From: Octopus sinensis
Lineage: Eukaryota
Direction of reading: 5' to 3'
DNA: 14,446 nucleotides
Assembly: GCF_006345805.1 (NCBI RefSeq)
Contig: NW_021825748.1
Location: 1 to 14,446 of the forward strand
Shown: positions 8,335-14,446 of the stretch, piece after piece
Layout of the letters: each line of letters opens with the position of its first letter
Numbering within the stretch: position 1 is the stretch's first letter
Notes under the pieces: model-generated
The model's input: the letters and a program-made list of their open reading frames with translations, nothing else
Told to the model about the DNA's origin: nothing
Databases searched by the model: none
Program-made: the position numbers and the translations under genes

Positions 8335-8915
8335 TTTAGGTTATCAGACAAGGAATGTTGCTCAAGGAGCTGTCTTCCATGTTTTATGATGTTATCAGCC
8401 TCATGTTTGCAAACTTGGTCAAGGGATGCACTTCGACACTTGACGGTTAGAAGATGTTGCCGAAGGGACAAGATACGACATTCAAAGGCATTCTGGATCG
8501 ATGTTAAACCACTGCGGCTTTGTTTTCGTTTTAGGTAGAGGCGGTCTACATCACTACTTATGTGGAAATTATGTGAGCTTGTTAGTGTTTTTCGTGTTTT
8601 CACATCAATGGCTCGGATCTCATCAGGCGTCCAATCAAGCAGCCGAAATGTTGGTATGAGTACTGGCACTGCAAACACATTGAGGGCCACTGTTTTATTT
8701 GTTTTATTGAATGCAGAGAGTTCTGAGGTCCATATTTTCTTAATTCGGCTGTGTTATTCTTTAGTGGCACGTGTTTTGTTACAGGTGCCATTGTAAGACA
8801 GGTTTTCATCCACCCTTAGACACCTGTAACATTCCTCGTCAGATACAGGGGAATCAGTCAAATTATTTATGGAGATTGTTTCTAATCTGGAGATGTTACA
8901 ACCATATAAAAAGAT
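8335..8915 (-). pseudogene. Decayed non-LTR retrotransposon fragment, end of RT and post-RT region, R4/Dong-like
   Basis: The frame of ORF 8274-8690 extends upstream through one stop (8754-8756): ETISINNLTDSPVSDEECYRCLRVDENLSYNG...KE*HSRIKKIWTSELSAFNK...ALNVFAVPVLIPTFRLLDWT...IDVKTRK...FHISSDVDRLYLKRKQSRSGL. This corresponds to the YKYLG, N.FAVPVL...G...W and SDVDRLYL.R..GGRGL motifs of R4/Dong-type elements. Confidence 0.85.
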
Positions 8916-8923
8916 TTAGCAAC

Positions 8924-9143
8924 ATGTATGTATGTATGTATGTATGTATGTATGTATGTATGTATGTATGTATGTATTGCATACCACGCTATTGACAACG
9001 CCTAAGAAGACTATATGCAGGAGAATACATACATACATACATACATACATACATACATACATACATACATACATACATACATACATACATACATACATAC
9101 ATACATACAAACAAACAAACAAACAAACAAACAAACAAACAAA
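8924..9143. repeat. (ATGT)n 8924-8977, 47-bp spacer, (ATAC)n 9025-9108, (AAAC)n to ~9143
   Basis: Direct reading; the two tetranucleotide arrays are reverse complements of each other. Confidence 0.95.
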
Positions 9144-9249
9144 AATACCCTGTTGTTGATGTTGAAATTCCAATGAAGGAGTCTTAGATCTAGATTAGAA
9201 ACCTGTTCTGTCACTATTGGCAAAAAAAATTTCAAATAAAGCTGAATAA

Positions 9250-9288
<39 letters not shown>

Positions 9289-9405
9289 CGCATCGTTTAT
9301 TCAAGCGTCTCTGAGGAACTGTTACTTTATATCAGCTTAAATAAATGCACTCTGTGTTCGTATTGAGTACTTTCTCCATCGATCGCTTCTTAACAACGGA
9401 CCAAA

Positions 9406-9406
9406 C

Positions 9407-9440
<34 letters not shown>
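9406..9440. repeat. (TAA)n microsatellite
   Basis: Direct reading of the sequence. Confidence 0.95.
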
Positions 9441-9441
<1 letters not shown>

Positions 9442-9634
9442 GGATATATGGTCTTCATCAATTATACGCTTTTGCTAACGTCATCTCACGCATCGGATTA
9501 ATGTTTCTTTTATACCGGTTCATAATAAACTGAAAAATTACATAATAATTTTTGTAGAGTACACACACACACAATACAATTACAATAAGAGGTGTGACAG
9601 TGACCTCCAATTTACAGTCTGCTAGTCTTCATCG

Positions 9635-9687
9635 GACAGTCTGACGGAGGGTAGCATTAGCAAAACCGAAACTTCAAAATCACTCTC
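9635..9687 (+). ncRNA. Degenerate minimal type I hammerhead-ribozyme-like motif, probably inactive
   Basis: GACAGT-CTGACGG-AG-GGT...ACC-GAAA-C-ttcaaa-ATC-ACTCTC: all hammerhead elements occur in the correct order, with substitutions. Confidence 0.45.
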
Positions 9688-9758
9688 ACCTTTCTTGTAA
9701 AAGTATAATATGTCTATGCATGTATAATATAAGATATATATGATATTATGTGCGTGTG

Positions 9759-9790
<32 letters not shown>

Positions 9791-9961
9791 AAGAGAGAGA
9801 GAGAGAGCGAGGAGGTTATGAGAGGTAATGGTGTCAGTGGGACCCAAGGGTGTTAGGAATGCTGAATAAGTGCTATGGATAGACTATAGTTAAGTTCCAT
9901 GTTCGGTGATTATGCGAATAAGGGGTCCAGCGAAGGTCATATATCACCGTGTGTATATTAA

Positions 9962-10075
9962 ATTTTTTCCCGTAATGAGATAAAAAAAATCAAGGCTGTG
10001 TAGATTTTAGAACATTTATAAATAGAAGAGTCTACACAGCCTTGGTTTTTTTTTAATCTCATTACGGGAAAAAAT
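9962..10075. repeat. Inverted repeat, ~43-bp arms, 26-nt spacer
   Basis: ATTTTTTCCCGTAATGAGAT (9962-9981) pairs perfectly with 10056-10075, and CAAGGCTGTGTAGA (9991-10004) pairs perfectly with 10031-10044. Confidence 0.93.
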
Positions 10076-10076
10076 G

Positions 10077-10114
<38 letters not shown>

Positions 10115-10118
<4 letters not shown>

Positions 10119-10273
10119 TAAGGATTGAACACGAAAAGTGGACAGTCAACATGCTAGATATAGACGTCAAATCGCCATTCTCCACAAAGATTATTTCTCA
10201 AATAAAACAGCACAGTTTTGACGTCTATATCTAGCATGTTGACTGTCCACTTTTCGTGTTCAGTCCTTAATTG
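10115..10273. repeat. Inverted repeat, 57-bp arms, 45-nt spacer; MITE-like or fold-back duplication
   Basis: 10115-10171 vs 10217-10273 are 56/57 complementary, with TA-rich flanks on both sides. Confidence 0.95.
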
Positions 10274-10337
10274 GTATATATAAATATTTTAATCTTCGGA
10301 TTTTTCTTAATATGCTAGACCACTGCTTTTAATTGAC

Positions 10338-10389
10338 TAATATCAATTTCTACCCTTAATTAATATCAATTTCTACCCTTAATTAATAT
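10338..10389. repeat. 23-bp perfect tandem duplication
   Basis: TAATATCAATTTCTACCCTTAAT at 10338-10360 and 10361-10383, plus a partial third unit. Confidence 0.93.
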
Positions 10390-10410
10390 TAATTATATAT
10401 AATATATATA

Positions 10411-10447
<37 letters not shown>

Positions 10448-10450
10448 ACG

Positions 10451-10503
10451 GTGGTGCTCAGCATGGCCGCAGTCCAAGGACTACGGCCATGCCTGAGCAC
10501 CAC
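10451..10503. repeat. 53-bp near-perfect palindrome built from the LINE/SINE 3' terminal motif
   Basis: GTGGTGCTCAGCATGGCCGCAGTCC-AA-GGACTACGGCCATGCCTGAGCACCAC; one mismatch and one extra base. Confidence 0.92.
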
Positions 10504-10740
10504 AGTTTACTTTGCTACACTTTCACTTAACTTCCTCTGGTATGTGACATTTGGTGGATGGAGGAGTTTGATATTACTGCCCCCTCTTTCTTGCCTAGAG
10601 GTAGTTTCAACCGGAACTCTTGACAGAAGGAGATCTATTTTTATTTTGAAAAAGCCTACATCCACGCCATGCAGGTCTCTCAGGCTTTGAGGGAAGATAT
10701 TGAAGAGCTGTGGGCCTTTGAAGCTATTCTGAAGACACCT
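10478..10740 (-). pseudogene. 5'-truncated LINE 3' end: ORF2 C-terminus plus short 3' UTR, CR1/L2-group-like (clade uncertain)
   Basis: Minus strand from 10740 translates to RCLQNSFKGPQLFNIFPQSLRDLHGVDVGFFKIKIDLLLSRVPVETTSRQE. After a frameshift near 10585 it reads AVISNSSIHQMSHTRGS* (stop 10527-10529). This fits the GP.LFN.LP..LR.....FK..LD..L..VPDEP....SNSL..Q C-terminus of such LINEs. Confidence 0.8.
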
Positions 10741-10879
10741 TAAATATATATCTTAAATATAAAATAATCTATGAAAACTAAAGAACTAAATTGTATTCAA
10801 AAGGTTCAAATACATACAAACCGTATCTAAAGTGGGGTGTGTTTGATATTTATCAATCCACTTAAAAATTATTAAGATA

Positions 10880-11268
10880 GGCGCAGGAGTGGCTGTGGTA
10901 AGTAGCTTGCTAACCAACCACATGGTTCCGGGTTCAGTCCCACTGCGTGGCATCTTGGGCAAGTGTCTTCTGCTATAGCCCCGGGCCGACCAATGCCTTG
11001 TGAGTGGATTTGGTAGACGGAAACTGAAAGAAGCCTGTCGTATATATGTATATATATGTATATATGTGTGTGTCTGTGTTTGTCTGTTATGGTGTGGTGT
11101 GTTTACGTCCCCTTCACTTAGCGGTTCGGCAAAAGTGACCGATAGAATAAGTACTGGGCTTACAAAGAATAAGTCCCGGGGTCGATTTGCTCGACTAAAG
11201 GCGGTGCCCCAGCATGGCCGCAGTCAAATGACTGATACAAGTAAAAGAGAGAGTAAAGAGTAAGAGTA
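10880..11268 (+). mobile_element. SINE family 1, copy 5
   Basis: GGCGCAGGAGTGGCTGTGGTAAG head (2-bp loss in the A box), an internal segment replaced near 11085-11095, tail AAAAGAGAGAGTAAAGAGTAAGAGTA. Confidence 0.92.
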
Positions 11269-11752
11269 TATACCATGCTCTACCATGAATACAGAATAAT
11301 GTTTGATTGGAGGAAAAATAAGGAAACAGGATTTTATTTAAGAGATACATGTACAATTTGAAACCCATGCAAACTAGAGTTTGTGTAATCTTTATCAATC
11401 CATTTAAAAATAGTAAACAAGACTATTTTTAACACACCCTGTGCAAATTAACCAGATTCACGAACAAGTTCAAAAAACAGCCGGTATTTTGGTAATTTCC
11501 GATTATCTGAAATTCGGATAAGAGGTCAAGTACTATTTATAAAAGTGTGAGGGGAGGGGGGAAGATGTGTCAAGAGCTACTGAACGACTGTTGCGCCTGT
11601 GGTTTCAGGCAGTTGTCTTTATTAGACTTAGTGTCCTAAACAACATCAATCATTTGGTCAATTAATATCCGTCTTTGCTACTTCAGTTTCGGTACTTAAC
11701 ATAAGCGTGTGACACTTAATGTGGGCAGACGGAAGACTTCGCCCTCAATCTG

Positions 11753-11757
<5 letters not shown>

Positions 11758-11794
<37 letters not shown>
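11758..11794. repeat. (TA)n microsatellite
   Basis: Direct reading of the sequence. Confidence 0.97.
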
Positions 11795-11802
<8 letters not shown>

Positions 11803-11804
<2 letters not shown>

Positions 11805-12169
11805 TTTCTTTTACTTGTTTCAGTCATTTTGACTGCGGCCATGCTAGAGCACTGCCTTTAGTCGACCAAATCGACCCCAGGACTTATTCTTTGTAAGCCT
11901 AGTACTTATTCTATCGGTTGTCAAGCGATGTTGGGGGGACAAACACATACACACACATACATACATACATACTACATACATACACACATATATATATACA
12001 TACATACGACGGGCTTCTTTCAGTTTCCGTCTACTAAATCCACTCACAAGGCTTTGGTCGTCCCGAGGCTATAGTAGAAAACACTTGCCCAAGGCGACAC
12101 GCAGTGGGACTGAACCCGGAACCATGTGGTTGGTGAGCAAGCTACTTACCACACAGCCACTCATGCGCC
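11803..12169 (-). mobile_element. SINE family 1, copy 6 (51-bp internal deletion)
   Basis: Full head and tail; two ATCGGT motifs are collapsed to one at 11913-11918. Confidence 0.92.
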
Positions 12170-12389
12170 TATATATATATGCGTATCTATGTGTGTATGT
12201 ATGTATATGTATGTATATGTATGTATGTTGTATGTATGTATGTATGTATGTATGTGCGTGTGTGTGTGTGCGGGCGCGTGTATGTGTACATGTGCGCGCA
12301 TTTGCATATATATTGCAGTGTGTATTTATAAGTTTTTTCCTTATATGTACAAGTGTGTTATAAATACGTATATGTTGTGTGTGTATACA

Positions 12390-12445
<56 letters not shown>

Positions 12446-12460
12446 TGTGTGCGTATGTAC
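12170..12460. repeat. Compound (TA)/(TATG)/(TG)n block
   Basis: Direct reading of the sequence. Confidence 0.92.
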
Positions 12461-12572
12461 ACAACAATGTAAATCAGAAAACCCGGAATGTATTTGGATA
12501 TTACTAAGACTTACTGTTTGTTACATAAGAATGAGAATATAAATACATTCTCTTAATATGACTAATGTCGCC

Positions 12573-12740
12573 AGGGCAGCGACCTGGCATAAACATTAGC
12601 ATACCGAACAAAATGCTTATCAGCATTTCGTCTGGTTTTACGTTCTGCGTTCAAATTCCACCGAGGTCGCCTTAACTTTTCATCCTTTCTGGGTCAGTAA
12701 AACAAGTACCAGTTGAACACTGGGGTCGATGCAATCGCCT

Positions 12741-12810
<70 letters not shown>

Positions 12811-12835
12811 TGTGCCAAAATTTGAAATCAGTATT
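12573..12835 (+). mobile_element. tRNA-derived SINE family 3, diverged, with a (CT)n expansion at 12743-12810
   Basis: A-box-like TGGCATAAACATTAG, B box GCGTTCAAATTCC, then CCGAGGTCG...TTTCATCCTTTC.GGGTC..TAAAA.AAGTACCAGTTG...CTGGGGTCGAT and 3' TGTGCCAAAATTTGAAA. The head aligns with 13143-13260. Confidence 0.78.
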
Positions 12836-13142
12836 AGTGATGTGCGTAAAAAGAAATTGATTGAGTCTCCTGACGGACCGTTTCACGGTTTGTTGACAGC
12901 TTTTCAGAGAAGTCGTATCCTGCTCCCTTTCCCCTTCAACAGAATAGATCAGCTACTATAGAAAGCCGTCGTAAATTAGCCTAGCACATTGATGCTTAGC
13001 TTAATTTTTCTTATTTGTACTTTAAACGGCTGGTTATTAATTAAATACTATCTTTTGTAAGCAGAACAGTTTGTGCTGTGCTTGATTTAAATATTATAAG
13101 ACCCTTCCAGCGGTGTGTGTTGTTATTATTCTGATGGATATA

Positions 13143-13260
13143 AAGCGGCGATATGGCTGAATAGTTAGGACTCTGGACAATATGCTTAGGTGGCAAATCT
13201 TTCGGCTCTTTCTGTTCTGAGTTCAAATTTCGCCCAGGTCGACATTGCCCCTTTCGTTTT
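13143..13260 (+). mobile_element. SINE family 3, second copy, 3'-truncated
   Basis: GCGGCGATATGGCTGAATAGTTAG...ATGCTTAG...TTCTGAGTTCAAATTTCGCCCAGGTCGAC aligns with 12573-12680. Confidence 0.7.
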
Positions 13261-13297
13261 TTCTGTCATGTGGAATGAGCATGTAGCGGCTCTTCTT

Positions 13298-13353
13298 GCA
13301 GTAGTAGTAGTAGTAGTAGTAGTAGCTGCAATAGTAGTAGTAGTAGTAGTAGC

Positions 13354-13385
<32 letters not shown>

Positions 13386-13391
13386 CTGCAA

Positions 13392-13442
<51 letters not shown>

Positions 13443-13800
13443 CTGCAATAGTAGTAGTAGTAGTAGTAGCTGCAATAGTAGTAGTAGTAGTAGTAGTAGT
13501 AGCTGCAATAGTAGTAGTAGTAGTAGCTGCAATAGTGGTAGTAGTAGTAGTAGCAGCAATAGTGGTAGCAGTAGTAGTAGTTGGTGAGAGTTGTGGTGGT
13601 GGTGGTGGTAGCAGCTGTAGGAGTAATAGTGATGGAGGTTGTGTTGTCGGTTGTAGTTGCTGTAGTTGTAGTGGTGGTGACCGTTGTAGTAGTTGTTGTA
13701 GTGTTGGTGGTGGTGGTGGTAGTAGTAGTAGAAGTTGTGCTGTTGGTGGTAAAGGTGGTGGTCATCGTTGTAGTCATGGTAGTAGTAGTAGCAGCAGCCA
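13298..13800. repeat. (GTA)n array with periodic GCTGCAATA interruptions, followed by a degenerate GGT/GTT/AGT tract
   Basis: Direct reading; source of the poly-V, poly-Y/T and poly-L ORFs. Confidence 0.95.
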
Positions 13801-13980
13801 TTAGTTGCAATCGCAGTTGTTTCGGTTTAACTTTTCTCGTTATTTTCGTTTTGTTCAAGTATGCAAGAGTCTGTGATTAAAATCTGCTGTGTGTATATTA
13901 ATAAGTGACAGAGGGAGTGTATATTTACCACTTACAATGATAGAACTACTCTGGTTGTAAAGGAAGTGCCGTAAAGAACC

Positions 13981-14171
13981 ACGCACAAACACACACGCAC
14001 ACACACGCACACACACACACACACACATACACACACACACACACACGCACATACACACATACACACACACACACACATACATACACACACACATACACAC
14101 ATACACATACACACATACACACACACACACACACATACACACACACATACACACACATACACACACATACA

Positions 14172-14211
<40 letters not shown>
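13981..14211. repeat. (CA)n with CACATA/CACG variants
   Basis: Direct reading of the sequence. Confidence 0.96.
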
Positions 14212-14446
14212 TATTAAATTAAATATTAAATTGCAAATTAGAAGATAATTAGTTTTCGAAGATGGAATTTATAGTCTACTCTAGACCACTTATGTATACA
14301 TACATACATTCATTCATTTTATATACGCGTGTATATGGGTGTGTGTGAGTGCGTGTGTGTATACATATGCACACACATGCATATACACATACACACTAAG
14401 ACGCATAATGTGGAACGTTTCTGTTTACGAATGCGGAATAAAATAG

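Noticed and set aside
8320-8809. ORFs 8320-8538, 8560-8796 and 8600-8809 as separate genes
   Set aside because: They are antisense or off-frame shadows of the retrotransposon RT fragment.
8978-8992. GMQ reading as a continuation of the RT across the microsatellite
   Set aside because: Only three residues match, and the spacer is better explained by its similarity to 8026-8050.
11404-11535. Tc1/pogo-like terminal remnants (AACACACCCTGT; TCCGATTATCTGAAATTCGGATAAGAGG) and a 9-bp hairpin
   Set aside because: No matching opposite TIR or TSD was found; too degenerate to call.
13190-13858. 204-aa and 211-aa overlapping ORFs, mucin-like or transmembrane-like
   Set aside because: They are open only because of trinucleotide periodicity. 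The start of the plus-strand ORF and the end of the minus-strand ORF lie within a SINE remnant.
1283-14212. ORFs dominated by YIYI, CVCV, MYVC, YIHT, SLSL, poly-V, poly-L or poly-Y
   Set aside because: They are translations of microsatellites that lack stop codons in those frames; there is no protein-like complexity or splice context.

Overview
Repeat-dense, non-coding eukaryotic DNA, very probably from an octopus. I infer this from the SINE families and the extreme (TA)n/(CA)n/(TACA)n load, recognised from memory rather than from a search. I can support no host gene, rRNA, functional tRNA or CRISPR array, and nearly all listed ORFs are microsatellite or repeat translations. The window holds six copies of a ~390-bp tRNA-headed SINE, copies of two other tRNA-derived SINE families, two decayed non-LTR retrotransposon fragments (R4/Dong-like RT at ~8335-8915 minus; CR1/L2-group ORF2 C-terminus at ~10478-10740 minus, absent from the ORF track), a complete 219-bp hAT MITE with a perfect 8-bp TSD inside a ~39-bp minisatellite, and a probable Helitron 3' end. 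The most interesting signals are these. (1) The LINE 3' UTR shares its terminal motif with the tail of the main SINE, which points to a LINE-SINE partner pair visible in one window. (2) Three fold-back inverted repeats cluster within 550 bp next to (TA)n tracts. (3) Several degenerate minimal hammerhead-ribozyme-like motifs of the Penelope type are present, the best at 9635-9687. None of these establishes a new biological system. They are testable transposon-biology leads.
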